Assembly: GCA_963793265.1 (NCBI GenBank) | Contig: CAWBZI010000006.1 | Coordinates: forward strand, 928,001 to 992,000 | DNA: 64,000 nt | Direction of reading: 5' to 3' | Origin: an uncultured cyanobacterium | GTDB taxonomy: Bacteria > Cyanobacteriota > Cyanobacteriia > Phormidesmidales > Phormidesmidaceae | Notes under the pieces: generated by a model | Seen by the model: the letters and a program-made list of their open reading frames with translations, nothing else | The model's database searches: none | What the model was told of the DNA's origin: nothing | In this document: one piece after another, positions 1 to 10,167 of the stretch | How the letters are laid out: each line of letters opens with the position of its first letter | Position numbering within the stretch: the first letter of the stretch is position 1 | Made by a program: the position numbers and the translations under genes

Positions 1-34
1 TTCTTACGGAAATAGTCCGAACGGTTTCTAAACG

Positions 35-66
35 CAAAAAAGCCGCCCATCACGGACGGCTTTTTC
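35..66 (-). terminator. Intrinsic terminator downstream of glnN
   Basis: AAAAAA-GCCGCCC-atcac-GGACGGC-TTTTTT: near-perfect GC hairpin with A/T tracts on both sides, about 50 nt past the glnN stop. Confidence 0.75.
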
Positions 67-112
67 TTACTTTCTACAAGCCAAAGCCCGTAGGCTCAAG
101 CACAGCCAAAGT

Positions 113-2287
113 CTACTTAATAAAGAGCATTTCTTCGTAAGTAGGCAGCGGCCATAGGTCATCAGCAATTTCACCTTCGAGCGCGTCGGCAGCGTCACGA
201 ACGCTGTTCATCAAGCCGCGAAGGGTGCCTGCACAGTAGTTCATGTGGTCTTCAGAAGAGCCGAAGTCGTGCTTAGCCATGGCGGATTCTAGCTCGCTAG
301 CACTATCAAGCAGTGACTTTGCGAAACTAGCGACTTTCTCGACGGGTGCTTTGTCCATTTCGATGCCGACATCGCTCAGGTTCGCGATCGCCCCAGCACA
401 CTCACTCATATAGCGCAGCGCCGCTGGATAAATTAGCGTCTTGGCCATATCACACACTAGCTTAGCTTCCACCTCAATCGAGAGAATGTACTGCTCGGCG
501 TACACCTCATAGCGGCTGAATAGCTCAGTGGGCGACAGTACCCCAGTGCTTTCAAACAGCGTCTTAATGCTGTCGCTCTTCAGGTAAGGAAGCGCGTCAG
601 CAGTCGTTGGGATATTCAACAAACCGCGCTTTTCAACGGCCTCTGTGTGCCACTCATCGGAGTAGCCGTTGCCGCCGAACACAGCCGCGCCGTGCTTGTC
701 CATTACGTCTTTGAGCACTGATTGCACAGCCGCACCGACATCGCCGCCGCCCGATAGCTTGCCCTCTAGCTGGTCGCTCATCCAGTTAAGCGAGTCAGCC
801 ATCATGGTGTTGAGAGCAATTAACGGGCCAGAGACAGACTGGCTAGAGCCAACTGCGCGGAATTCAAAGCGGTTGCCGGTGAAGGCGAAGGGAGACGTTC
901 GGTTGCGATCGCCCGCATCCTTACTCAAAGGCGGCATCGTATCAATCCCAAGCTGCATCGTGCCCTTATGGCTAGAGCCCTTCAGATCGCCCGCCTGAAT
1001 CTGATTGAAAATTTCCTCTAGCTGGCTACCAAGGTACACCGACATAATCGCCGGAGGCGCTTCGTTAGCACCTAAGCGGTGGTCGTTACTAGCCGAGGCA
1101 ATTACCGCGCGCATTAACGGGCCATACATATGAACGCCGCGAATCACCGCACCACAGAACGCGAGGAACTGAAGGTTCTCTTCAGGCGTATCACCCGGAT
1201 CGAGCAGGTTGCCCTGAGTCGAGTTACCAATCGACCAGTTGACGTGCTTACCAGATCCGTTGATGCCCGCAAAAGGCTTCTCGTGCAGCAGGCAAATAAA
1301 GCCATGTTCTTTAGCCGTATCTTGCAGCGTCGTCATGATCTGCTGCTGGTGGTCACTGGCAACGTTAGCCGCTTCATACACAGGCGCAATCTCAAACTGG
1401 CCTGGAGCCACTTCGTTGTGGCTAGTTTTAGCGGGGATGCCCAGCTTGTACAGCTTCTCTTCTACATCGTGCATGTATGCCTGCACGCGGGGCGGAATCG
1501 CACCGAAGTAGTGATCGTCAAACTGCTGACCTTTCGCAGGGGCTTTACCAAAGAGGCTACGACCTGCAAGCAATAGGTCAGGGCGAGCATTGGCAAAGTG
1601 AGAATCAACCAAAAAGTACTCTTGCTCAGCACCGCAGCTAGAGTTAACGGGGGCAACATCGGTGTTACCCAACAGCTTCAGCATTCGGTTAGCGGCCTTA
1701 TCAACCACTGCAATCGAGCGCAGCAAAGGCGTTTTCTTATCGAGCGCTTCACCCGTCCAAGAAATAAAGACGGTAGGGATGCAGAGCGTAGCGCCGTGCT
1801 CACCTTCTAGGATGTAAGCCGGGCTAGTGATATCCCAGCCGGTGTAGCCGCGCGCTTCAAAGGTGTCGCGGATGCCGCCGTTAGGGAAAGAAGAACCGTC
1901 AGGCTCACCTTGAATCAACAGCTTGCCTGAAAATTCTGAAATGATGTCGCCGTTGCTCTGAGGCGAGATAAAGCCGTCGTGCTTCTCAGCGGTGATGCCT
2001 GTGAGCGGATAAAACACGTGAGCGTAGAACTTAGCGCCTTTAGACATCGCCCAGTCACGCATCGCGCCAGCGACCGTATCGGCTACAGAAGGATCTAGCT
2101 TTTCGCCCGACTGAATGGTTTTCTGAACCGACTTGAAAACGTCTTTGGGCAGCATCGCCTTCATTTTGCTCAGACTGAATACGTTCGAGGCCCAAATATT
2201 CTCTAGCTTCTCAGATGGTTTTACTGAGACAGGCTCTCTGTTAGTGATTTCATAAATTGCTTGGACGCGCGACTCGTTTCCAGTCAT
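113..2287 (-). CDS. glnN: Glutamine synthetase type III
   Basis: 724 aa; GSIII motifs [66 protein letters not shown] and C-terminal [11 protein letters not shown]. Confidence 0.96.
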   Translation of the reverse strand: MTGNESRVQAIYEITNREPVSVKPSEKLENIWASNVFSLSKMKAMLPKDVFKSVQKTIQSGEKLDPSVADTVAGAMRDWAMSKGAKFYAHVFYPLTGITAEKHDGFISPQSNGDIISEFSGKLLIQGEPDGSSFPNGGIRDTFEARGYTGWDITSPAYILEGEHGATLCIPTVFISWTGEALDKKTPLLRSIAVVDKAANRMLKLLGNTDVAPVNSSCGAEQEYFLVDSHFANARPDLLLAGRSLFGKAPAKGQQFDDHYFGAIPPRVQAYMHDVEEKLYKLGIPAKTSHNEVAPGQFEIAPVYEAANVASDHQQQIMTTLQDTAKEHGFICLLHEKPFAGINGSGKHVNWSIGNSTQGNLLDPGDTPEENLQFLAFCGAVIRGVHMYGPLMRAVIASASNDHRLGANEAPPAIMSVYLGSQLEEIFNQIQAGDLKGSSHKGTMQLGIDTMPPLSKDAGDRNRTSPFAFTGNRFEFRAVGSSQSVSGPLIALNTMMADSLNWMSDQLEGKLSGGGDVGAAVQSVLKDVMDKHGAAVFGGNGYSDEWHTEAVEKRGLLNIPTTADALPYLKSDSIKTLFESTGVLSPTELFSRYEVYAEQYILSIEVEAKLVCDMAKTLIYPAALRYMSECAGAIANLSDVGIEMDKAPVEKVASFAKSLLDSASELESAMAKHDFGSSEDHMNYCAGTLRGLMNSVRDAADALEGEIADDLWPLPTYEEMLFIK

Positions 2288-2371
2288 GTTTGTATTCCTA
2301 AGGTTAGAAAAAGGAGATCACTCAAATAGCGGCTAACTATCCTTTGAGGGATTCCACGTAAGACGTAACCA

Positions 2372-2413
2372 ATCGTATGAATAGCAATTGATTGGTTTTG
2401 TATCGGCATATAC
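2372..2413 (-). promoter_or_regulatory. NtcA-activated (class II) promoter of glnN
   Basis: GTA-TCGGCATA-TAC at 2400-2413 (GTAN8TAC); exactly 22 nt further on the minus strand is TACGAT (TAN3T -10) at 2377-2372. Confidence 0.88.
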
Positions 2414-2703
2414 CGAATGCACAACAAGTTTTGTTGAAATGCCTTTACATAGGGCTTTCAATATCCATGAAAATTTTGTGAAGGTTGAGAAACATTGCAA
2501 AGCAGCTCGAATTGTAAACTTTTCCTTCGATAACTCATCTAGAAGGCGGCGCTACGGCGAGTGATTTTATCTTGCATGGTAGACTTGTATCTACTTAATA
2601 GAAAAGCCGAACCCTTTGATGCTCGTGCCTTTCAGAGGCTCTAAAGGGCTCTCAAGAGCTTTGGCAAGCAGGCTTTGACAAGAGATTGCTTAGGAGAATT
2701 TTC

Positions 2704-3213
2704 ATGCGAGATACGGTCACCAGCTTAATTAGCAATTACGACACCACAGGCCGTTACCTAGATCGGGACGCCCTCGACTCTTTGCAGTCTTATTTCACAA
2801 CAGGCACTAACCGCGTCAAAGTGGCGGCCATGATTAGCGCCAATGCCGCTGAGATTTCCCGCGAGGCAGGCAAGCAGCTTTTTGAAGAAGTGCCTGAACT
2901 CATTCGCCCCGGTGGCAATGCCTACACGACTCGCCGCTATGCCGCCTGCCTGCGCGATATGGACTACTACCTGCGCTACAGCAGCTATGCGCTGGTAGCA
3001 GGTAATAACGATGTGCTGATGGAGCGTGTGCTACAGGGCTTGCGTGAAACCTATAACTCTTTGGGTGTGCCGATTGCGCCAACGGTGCAGGGCATTCAGA
3101 TTATGAAAGAGAAGGTCAAGAACATGGCTGTGGATGCGGGCATTGAAGATGTTTCGTTTATTGACCAGCCCTTTGACTTTATTTCTCGTGAAGTGAGTGA
3201 AGTCAGCGTGTAG
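2704..3213 (+). CDS. apcF: Allophycocyanin beta-18 subunit
   Basis: MRDTVTSLISNYDTTGRYLDRDA...GGNAYTTRRYAACLRDMDYYLRY with chromophore Cys; ATG at 2704 follows an AGGAG RBS; 169 aa. Confidence 0.95.
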   Translation: MRDTVTSLISNYDTTGRYLDRDALDSLQSYFTTGTNRVKVAAMISANAAEISREAGKQLFEEVPELIRPGGNAYTTRRYAACLRDMDYYLRYSSYALVAGNNDVLMERVLQGLRETYNSLGVPIAPTVQGIQIMKEKVKNMAVDAGIEDVSFIDQPFDFISREVSEVSV

Positions 3214-3252
3214 GGCTTCCTTGATAATTCGGTTTAGCTAATTCGGTTTATG

Positions 3253-3280
3253 AAAGGCCCTACAAATTAGGGCCTTTTTT
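3253..3280 (+). terminator. Intrinsic terminator of apcF
   Basis: AAAGGCCCTA-caaat-TAGGGCCTTT-TTT. Confidence 0.85.
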
Positions 3281-3301
3281 GTGCTCTTCTTTTGCTGGCA
3301 T

Positions 3302-4582
3302 ATGCTGTTTTTAGGGATAGATTTTGGAACTTCTGGGGCTAGAGCTGTTGTTTTGAGGAATGTGGGCGATCGCATTCCCCCTCAAATCGTCGCTCAATCT
3401 GCCTGTCAATTCACAGATGCGACACCACAAGACACTTACCTCTGGCAAAGCACGCTCCATCAGCTACTGGGCCAAATTGAAAAGAGTGTCCGTGAGCAAA
3501 TAGGCCGGATTGCGATTAATGGCACGTCGGCGACGATGCTGCTGTGCGATCGCAAAGGACGCCAACTCACTCAGCCTTTGATGTATAACGACGCCAGCGC
3601 TCGCCCGGCGCTTGATGAAGTGAGAACTTTCGCGCCCAGTGAGAGCCCTGCTGTTAGCGCAACCTCCACGCTAACTAAAGCTATCTGGCTCTATCGCAAT
3701 AGTGCTGACGATCGCAGTGGCGTTTACATCACGCATCAGGCCGACTGGCTTGCCTGCCTACTGCACGGGCAGCCACCTGTAACTGACTATCACAATGCGC
3801 TCAAGCTGGGCTATGACGTAGCGACACTGGCTTATCCAGACTGGCTGTTAGAGTCACCCGTGGCCGCCTGGCTCCCTGATGTTTTAGAACCTGGCGAAGC
3901 GATCGCACCTATCACCCCACAGATGTCGCAGCTCTTCAGCATCTCTGGAACCTGCCAAATCTGCGCGGGCACCACCGACAGTATTGCCGCCTTTTTAGCC
4001 AGCGGAGCCCAAAGCCCAGGCGAAGCCGTCACTTCCCTCGGCTCTACCCTCGTACTCAAACTACTCAGCACGAAACCCATAGACGATAGCAGCGCAGGCA
4101 TCTACAGCCATCGCTTAGGCAATCTGTGGCTAGCAGGCGGCGCTTCTAATACAGGCGGCGCGGTGCTACAGAAATTTTTCTCAACCGAACAGCTCAAAGC
4201 TATCAGCCAGCAAATCGATCTATCTAAGCCTAGTCCGTACGACTATTACCCATTGAGTGCACCGGGCGAGCGCTTTCCTATCAACGATCCAGACTATCCG
4301 CCCCGGCTAACGCCCAGACCTGAATCAGACGCAGACTTCCTACACGGCCTACTTGACGCCATGGCCCGCATAGAAGCAGAAGGCTATCGAAAGCTTGGTA
4401 GCTTAGGCGCTGACCCCTTGAGCAAGGTATACACCGCTGGCGGCGGCGCACAAAACCAGGTTTGGCAAGCCTTGAGGCAGCGGCGCTTGGGCATAGACGT
4501 TAGCACCGCCGTTCACACAGAAGCCGCCTATGGAACTGCAAAGTTAGCCATGTTAGGACTGAGCGAATTTATCCAGGATTGA
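3302..4582 (+). CDS. FGGY-family carbohydrate kinase (ribulose/xylulose kinase-like)
   Basis: LGIDFGTSGAR phosphate-1 motif, GTTDSIAA, SLGSTL, GGASNTGG, TAGGGA; start moved to ATG 3302 because the longer ORF starts immediately after the apcF terminator U-tract. Confidence 0.88.
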   Translation: MLFLGIDFGTSGARAVVLRNVGDRIPPQIVAQSACQFTDATPQDTYLWQSTLHQLLGQIEKSVREQIGRIAINGTSATMLLCDRKGRQLTQPLMYNDASARPALDEVRTFAPSESPAVSATSTLTKAIWLYRNSADDRSGVYITHQADWLACLLHGQPPVTDYHNALKLGYDVATLAYPDWLLESPVAAWLPDVLEPGEAIAPITPQMSQLFSISGTCQICAGTTDSIAAFLASGAQSPGEAVTSLGSTLVLKLLSTKPIDDSSAGIYSHRLGNLWLAGGASNTGGAVLQKFFSTEQLKAISQQIDLSKPSPYDYYPLSAPGERFPINDPDYPPRLTPRPESDADFLHGLLDAMARIEAEGYRKLGSLGADPLSKVYTAGGGAQNQVWQALRQRRLGIDVSTAVHTEAAYGTAKLAMLGLSEFIQD

Positions 4583-4597
4583 ACTCAAATCCAAAGG

Positions 4598-4638
4598 AAA
4601 GCCCTATCGGTCTTAGCTTCAGAACCGATAGGGCTTTT
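4598..4638. terminator. Bidirectional terminator between the FGGY kinase and petG
   Basis: AAAGCCCTATCGGT...ACCGATAGGGCTTTT inverted repeat between convergent genes. Confidence 0.85.
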
Positions 4639-4662
4639 AATTGATATTTTGAGTGTTTGGGC

Positions 4663-4776
4663 TTAGCCGCCTAACTGATCGCCCCGGCGGTACTGCATAT
4701 AGGCGGCGACAAATAGGCCAATAAGCGTAACGGGAATAAGACCTAAAACGATGCCAGATAGTAAGGGCTCGACCAC
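4663..4776 (-). CDS. petG: Cytochrome b6f complex subunit V
   Basis: 37 aa [37 protein letters not shown] from GTG at 4776 with AGGAGA RBS; the ORF-track N-terminal extension is spurious. Confidence 0.96.
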   Translation of the reverse strand: MVEPLLSGIVLGLIPVTLIGLFVAAYMQYRRGDQLGG

Positions 4777-5165
4777 GGTAGTTCTCCTAGAGGTGGGTAA
4801 GTATTCATTAAGTGCGATCGCTTCTAGCCAGCTTGATAAGGGATAATCGCTTACCAATAGCGGCTTTCTCTGAAGTTCGCTTATCTAATCTTAATGTGAA
4901 TTGAGAGCTGAGTCGAAAAACTATACTCAAGTTCACTATTGCATTGGGCTAGTCTACATGTTTCGATCAAGAAGCCCGGTGCAATAGCCAGAAACAGCGT
5001 TTTAGACGCACAAATATCAAATCGAGGCCGTTAGGCTTAAGCATGAGAAAAGCCAAGAACCAGGGCTTGCATCACCAAGAGAATCTTCAGACATCTTGAT
5101 AAAACTTGTCTTATTCTCTTAAAAAAACTTAAGCTATATGAAGTTAAAGACTTGTCAATAGCTGC

Positions 5166-5633
5166 TTGGTTGTGTCGATAGAAAGTGCCCGAGAACAAAT
5201 AGTGCAAAACCAGGCCGAGAAATCTCAGACGGTAGAGGCTCAGACGGTAGATTCTGGGATGATAAATGATAGTAGCGACTTTGGGCAGGCTGTGCGGCGA
5301 GCAATGCTGCTGATCGTGGGTTTAGTGATGGCAGCGGCAATCGCGTTATGGGGCGCACATACACTAAGCACCAGCGATCCCTACATTCACAGCGTACTTG
5401 AGATATCAGGCGATGCTGGCCGGGGGCGAGATATTTTTCAGCTAAACTGCGCAACCTGTCACGGGCTAGAAGAGGCCGGTGAGGTCGGGCCAGACTTACA
5501 CAATGTTTCGGAGCGAAAGTCGCGGGTGGGTTTGATTAATCAGGTCATTAGTGGGAAGACGCCGCCGATGCCGCAGTTTCAGCCAAACGCAAAAGATATG
5601 GCCGATTTGCTGAGCTTTTTAGAGACGTTGTAA
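5166..5633 (+). CDS. cytM: Cytochrome cM
   Basis: Single TM helix, DPYIHSVL, heme motif CATCH, GKTPPMPQFQPN..MADLL; divergent from petG; start uncertain. Confidence 0.9.
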   Translation: MVVSIESAREQIVQNQAEKSQTVEAQTVDSGMINDSSDFGQAVRRAMLLIVGLVMAAAIALWGAHTLSTSDPYIHSVLEISGDAGRGRDIFQLNCATCHGLEEAGEVGPDLHNVSERKSRVGLINQVISGKTPPMPQFQPNAKDMADLLSFLETL

Positions 5634-5672
5634 GGGATCTTTTGACGTCGAATGCTGTGTAGCTTCGGCAGA

Positions 5673-7013
5673 TTACCAAGTGCCTGCTTCGCAGTTCATG
5701 ATCTTATTCAAGGTAGCGATCGCCTCTTCCTCGCCGTTGTCTCGAATGATTGCCTCAGCCGCCACGTTCATTAGCTCCATTTTGAGCCGCATGAAATAAG
5801 CCTCTTCAATCGTATTGGCTTCTACAGCGGGCGATCGCTGCTCGTTTTCAGTAAAAGAACGCAGCGGGTCAAAGCCCAGCTTTAGCACCAGTGCGCTGAT
5901 GACATACTGCTGTTCAGGCCGCGCCAAATCGTACCAGGCTCTCATGGACTGCGCCAGAATAGCCTCTACTTCACCGTCAGAGAGCTGCCTCTGTAGCCAG
6001 GCTTCCAGGGTAGAAATGGGCCAGTCTGTGGTGGCTTCGTCTACTTTGGCAAAGGCGTGAGCTTCAGCGTAGGAGATGATGCTGTCTTGATTGTAGTCAG
6101 CGGAGTCTACTGAACTGCCCGTGCGATCGCGTCCGGTCAGTCCTGCAAAAAAGCTAGAGCTGTAGTCCTTGTAATCAGCTTCATTTACCGCAGGCGTACA
6201 GCCCACCGAAGGTCGCGACGCCACCGTCGCAAAAAATCCGCAGCGCGTCTGCAAAGCCACCGGCTGCTCAGGATCGCCATTCTCATAAATTAAGTTAGCA
6301 AACGCGCCCGAGTAGCACTGCGCCATCATCGTCACAAACGGCTGATCGGCAGGCAGCGGATCTAGCCAGCCTGCCATCTCTTTAACCGAGACAAAAGCCT
6401 CTTCCCACAGCACCAGCCAGTTATTGTCTTCATTCTCAACGTTACGCGCTCCGTGCCCTGTGAAGTAAAAGAAGGAAGGACAGGGCTTTTTAGCGCGGGC
6501 AACGGCCTCAAACCAGCCTTTGGTGTTGCCGTAGTTGGCCGCGCCGTTTAAAGAACCAATATCAGGTGCTTTGAACTGCTGCTCTCCGGCCTCGTCAAGA
6601 TAGCGAACGGTTTCTTGGCCGTCATTGCCGTTGGCAAATAAGAAGGTGGCTAGGGTAGAGATGAAGCCTCGTTCGGTGAGCGATCGCTGAAAATACAGCA
6701 CGTTCTTCTCTAGCGCAATCTCGTTGTAGCTAGGCGCACCGCCACCCGCTACCACTGCAAAATAAGTGCTGACGTCTGTCGGTAATTCGATAGGGACAAC
6801 CGCTGTTTGCTTGAGAGGGGCCGGATGAGCGGTCGAATGGGCCGCTGGCATCAGGTTTTCTAAGCTGATATTTTCCCAGCCCGCCTGCCTAACCACATAT
6901 TGAATAGACGCTGGTAGCCCTAGCTCGGCGCGCATCGCTTCTGCCGTCAGCACGACCGCATAGCCGAGCGAAAGTCCCGCTAAAGCTATGCTCATTAGGT
7001 TCGTAAAACGCAT
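5673..7013 (-). CDS. Secreted or membrane-anchored clan CD (caspase/legumain-like) cysteine peptidase
   Basis: Hydrophobic N-terminus; FFYFTGHG (His187) and VTMMAQCYSG (Cys233) dyad; ADYNQDSIISYAEA EF-hand-like loop. Confidence 0.75.
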   Translation of the reverse strand: MRFTNLMSIALAGLSLGYAVVLTAEAMRAELGLPASIQYVVRQAGWENISLENLMPAAHSTAHPAPLKQTAVVPIELPTDVSTYFAVVAGGGAPSYNEIALEKNVLYFQRSLTERGFISTLATFLFANGNDGQETVRYLDEAGEQQFKAPDIGSLNGAANYGNTKGWFEAVARAKKPCPSFFYFTGHGARNVENEDNNWLVLWEEAFVSVKEMAGWLDPLPADQPFVTMMAQCYSGAFANLIYENGDPEQPVALQTRCGFFATVASRPSVGCTPAVNEADYKDYSSSFFAGLTGRDRTGSSVDSADYNQDSIISYAEAHAFAKVDEATTDWPISTLEAWLQRQLSDGEVEAILAQSMRAWYDLARPEQQYVISALVLKLGFDPLRSFTENEQRSPAVEANTIEEAYFMRLKMELMNVAAEAIIRDNGEEEAIATLNKIMNCEAGTW

Positions 7014-7065
7014 AGCATCCTAAAAAATTGCGTTTGAAAAGTGAAGTGGTGTTGAACGTTTGCCC

Positions 7066-7986
7066 CTACATCTGTCGTAGGCTCGCGGCTAGACCCATCG
7101 TAATTTTAGCCATTGCCGCGATGTCTAGTGTCCCTATTTGATCAGACGAGGTGTGATAGTGAGGGTTTCGCAAGTTAGCGGTATCGGTCACTAAAATAGC
7201 GGGATAGCCAGCATCCCAGAAGGGCGCGTGGTCGCTGCGTCGGGAGGATGGAATCTGCTTTCCTTGATTGAGCACGGGGAGCCACTGACAGGGCATTCCA
7301 GCCCGTTTTATATGGCGCTTGAGAGACATCATTTTAGGCACTGTAGAACCGTTGCCAATGAGCGCAAGGAAGTCGCTCGTTTTGGGATAGATGCGGCTCA
7401 TGATCTTAAGCGGATATTGCTGAGGCGCATCGCTGAAGTAGCCCAGCATCTCTAAAGACAGCATGAGATGGATAGGGCGCTGCTCGGCTTGCCAGCTCTG
7501 AGCGCAAGTGGTGCTGCCGACTAAGCCGTATTCTTCAAGGTCAAAAGCGATTAAATGAATCGGACGGCGGGGTGGGGCTGTAGAGAGGAGTTGAGCGATC
7601 ACTAGCAAAACCGCAACACCACTGGCGTTATCATCAGCACCGGGCGAGCCCGGCACGGTGTCATAGTGAGCGCCCACCAAAATCGGCGCTAAATCGGGGC
7701 GACTACCGGGCAACACGGTTTGCCAGTTGTAGTATTTTTGTTGGGAGGGGCGGCCTTGAGCATAAAAGCTTTGGCTACTCACTTCACCCCAACGACCTAG
7801 CTCAGTGCGAATATATTGCTGCGCGAGGCTGTGTCTGCCTGAGTTGAGATAGGGGTCACGTGGGCCACTCAAGGCTTGCAGGTGGCCGTTCAACTGTTCG
7901 ATTATCTGTTCAGTGGTTGAGGGTGGCGATCGCATTCCCGTCCTTAACGATGATGTCGGCATGTCCGCAGCGAGCGCGCTCTGCAA
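7066..7986 (-). CDS. M28-family metallopeptidase
   Basis: ILVGAHYDT, PGADDNASG, FDLEEYG, LSLEMLG, RSDHAPF, YHTSSD; true start may be ATG 7962 or 7935. Confidence 0.88.
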   Translation of the reverse strand: MQSALAADMPTSSLRTGMRSPPSTTEQIIEQLNGHLQALSGPRDPYLNSGRHSLAQQYIRTELGRWGEVSSQSFYAQGRPSQQKYYNWQTVLPGSRPDLAPILVGAHYDTVPGSPGADDNASGVAVLLVIAQLLSTAPPRRPIHLIAFDLEEYGLVGSTTCAQSWQAEQRPIHLMLSLEMLGYFSDAPQQYPLKIMSRIYPKTSDFLALIGNGSTVPKMMSLKRHIKRAGMPCQWLPVLNQGKQIPSSRRSDHAPFWDAGYPAILVTDTANLRNPHYHTSSDQIGTLDIAAMAKITMGLAASLRQM

Positions 7987-8029
7987 ATTTCTCCCTTACA
8001 GTACCGATTATTCAGCCGTCGAACAAAAT

Positions 8030-8938
8030 ATGAGCGTTGGCAATCAGCAGCCCAAAAAACCTTCTCAATTCTCAAAACGAGCCTCCAAAGTTCGGATTCA
8101 TATCGAGAACGGACGGTTTCATATTTTGGGGTTAGGGGCCTGGCATTCGTATTGGCGATCGCCCTACTACCTCATGCTCACGGTGCCCTGGCAAGGCTTC
8201 TTGCTGATCACAATCGGCACGTATGCCCTGGGTAACGCCCTCTGCGCTCTACTGTTTTTACTCGGTGGCGAAGGGGCCATTCTCAATGCCGAACCCGGCT
8301 CATTTGCCGACGCCTTTTACTTCAGCGTGCAAACCTCAGCCTCTATTGGCTACGGCGTCATGTCACCCGGCAATACTTATGCTCACATGCTAGTCAGCCT
8401 GGTGGCTATCACCTCCCTGGTAGGAATCGCCGTGCTCACAGGACTGGCCTATGCCCGATTTTCACGGCCTACCGCGCAGGTGTTATTCAGTCGCGTTGTC
8501 GTCGTAACGCCGTTCAAAGGGACGCCTACGCTGATGTTTCGGGCGGCTAATGAGCGCCGCAACCAAATTTTGGAGGCGCAAATGCGGGTGTATTTGACCC
8601 TTGATGAGTATAGCGACGGGCGGATGATGCGGCGGTTTTATGAGCTGGAGCTGCTGCGTGATCGCAACCCTAGCTTTTTCCTCACCTGGACGGCGCTCCA
8701 TGCCATCGACGACAACAGTCCACTCAAAAATCTCACCCACGCCGATCTTATCCGTACCAGCGCTGCCCTGCTCGTATCTGTCAGCGGCATCGATCAAACC
8801 GTGGCCCAGGCCATTCATACACGCCACACTTACTACGCACCAGACATTCTGTGGAACCGGCAGTTCAAAGATATTATTCATCAGGTGGACGGGGGCGATC
8901 GCTACATCGATTTCTCAGACTTCCATGAGGTTGAGTAA
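8030..8938 (+). CDS. Inward-rectifier potassium channel (KirBac-like)
   Basis: Two TM helices around FYFSVQTSASIGYG, then ARFSRP, TLMFRAAN.R, WTALHAID..SPL Kir cytoplasmic domain; ATG 8030 avoids overlap with the M28 gene. Confidence 0.9.
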   Translation: MSVGNQQPKKPSQFSKRASKVRIHIENGRFHILGLGAWHSYWRSPYYLMLTVPWQGFLLITIGTYALGNALCALLFLLGGEGAILNAEPGSFADAFYFSVQTSASIGYGVMSPGNTYAHMLVSLVAITSLVGIAVLTGLAYARFSRPTAQVLFSRVVVVTPFKGTPTLMFRAANERRNQILEAQMRVYLTLDEYSDGRMMRRFYELELLRDRNPSFFLTWTALHAIDDNSPLKNLTHADLIRTSAALLVSVSGIDQTVAQAIHTRHTYYAPDILWNRQFKDIIHQVDGGDRYIDFSDFHEVE

Positions 8939-8943
8939 GCAAC

Positions 8944-10125
8944 CTAATTCTCCGGCGGCTTTAGCAAGCTCCCGCTGAGCTGACGATCGATCTGCCCCAG
9001 CGTGGCCAAATCAGCCATCGGCACCCCATGTTCAAACCCTGTCCAGCTCTGCGAATTTGGGTTTCTCAAAAAGTCAAAAGCCTGCCTAAACTCATCCGGC
9101 CCTGCGGCAACTGGCGCACTGAAGTGACAGGGAATCACCTGCTGAAAATCCCACTGCGCAATCCGATCGGCCCAAGCCAAAACGGCCTCCGCATCACGGT
9201 TAAAAATCAGGGTTTGCAGAATGGGTGCAACTAAAAGCCGTCCGCCCCTGCGCAGGGTTTCAAAAGACTCATACCAGCCGCTTTGCCACTGAAAAGGATA
9301 CAGCCCAAAATAGTTCTTCTTAGAGCGGTTCGGCGACTTCAGCGCGTTCTTGAGCACCGCACCCGTGCTTGGCACTTCTAGCTTTTCTGGCTGAAAGTAA
9401 AACGTAAATAAGGCAATTCGTGCCCAGCCCTTCAGGCGGTTTTCAGGCGTATCTTCCAGCGGTTCTAGGGCGCTATCTCGGGCGTGAAAGGCTAGCGGGA
9501 AAGGATTCTGTGAGACGACTTCGGGCGGCTCTATGGGTATAGAAAGGATGGTATCGATGGCGAGGAGTGATCGCGTCTCCCGGTGAAAGAAAGCCACTTC
9601 CGTATACGGCTTCAAATTCAGCTCAATAGGGCCAACCGTCGCATAGTCAAACTCATCAAAAAACGGCGTCTCACTCGGCTCTGCTGGCAAGATATGCGTC
9701 CGCTTAGCCGGAAAGCCCAGCCAGCTTAAGGGCAAATCAAGCGGAAAGCTCCACTGATTCGGCGCAACATACACCTCACAACGCTTGAAGTAACGCGCAA
9801 ACGGCCCGGCAAAGTACTTGTGCTCAACCCCGGTCACCGTCGGCATAATCACATACTTTACCTCACCGTGCTCAGCCTCTAGCTCCCGCATCAGCCGAAT
9901 GCACTCACGGGTCGGCGCTACCGGCGAAAACGCCAGCAGCCCGCCTTCAGCCAGCTTTACAACCGTCATCCGAATCGGCACCACCACATAAAAAATTCCC
10001 TGCACCTGCTCAAAGAGCCAGAGCTGATTTGGGATAATTTCTCGGCGGAGCGTGCGCCGCTGCCCGTAGGGATAAATCGGCACAATTGGCCAAAGCGGCC
10101 AGGCTCTATCTCCGCGTTTCGTCAT
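8944..10125 (-). CDS. DUF4336-family protein (metallo-beta-lactamase-like fold)
   Basis: WPLWPIVPIYPYGQRRT N-terminus, IRMTVVKL..GGL..FSPVAPT, EHK, EVAFFH, IPCHF. Confidence 0.8.
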   Translation of the reverse strand: MTKRGDRAWPLWPIVPIYPYGQRRTLRREIIPNQLWLFEQVQGIFYVVVPIRMTVVKLAEGGLLAFSPVAPTRECIRLMRELEAEHGEVKYVIMPTVTGVEHKYFAGPFARYFKRCEVYVAPNQWSFPLDLPLSWLGFPAKRTHILPAEPSETPFFDEFDYATVGPIELNLKPYTEVAFFHRETRSLLAIDTILSIPIEPPEVVSQNPFPLAFHARDSALEPLEDTPENRLKGWARIALFTFYFQPEKLEVPSTGAVLKNALKSPNRSKKNYFGLYPFQWQSGWYESFETLRRGGRLLVAPILQTLIFNRDAEAVLAWADRIAQWDFQQVIPCHFSAPVAAGPDEFRQAFDFLRNPNSQSWTGFEHGVPMADLATLGQIDRQLSGSLLKPPEN

Positions 10126-10167
10126 GGTGGTGCTATAGATCTGAGTCTATCTATCCTAGCGCTAGCC

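Noticed and set aside
669..1810. Plus-strand ORFs antisense to glnN, and similar antisense or nested ORFs across the window (e.g. 28594-29046, 23160-23573, 60725-61180, 8483-8881)
   Set aside because: They lie wholly within or opposite well-supported genes, have no recognisable motifs, and are expected shadow ORFs at this GC content
2288..2370. Glutamine riboswitch in the glnN 5'UTR
   Set aside because: The conserved CGUUCA...GGAAGUA...GAAGGAACG elements are not visible
2579..2594. Second NtcA site GTAGACTTGTATCTAC upstream of apcF
   Set aside because: GTA-to-TAC spacing is 10, not 8; palindromic but unassigned
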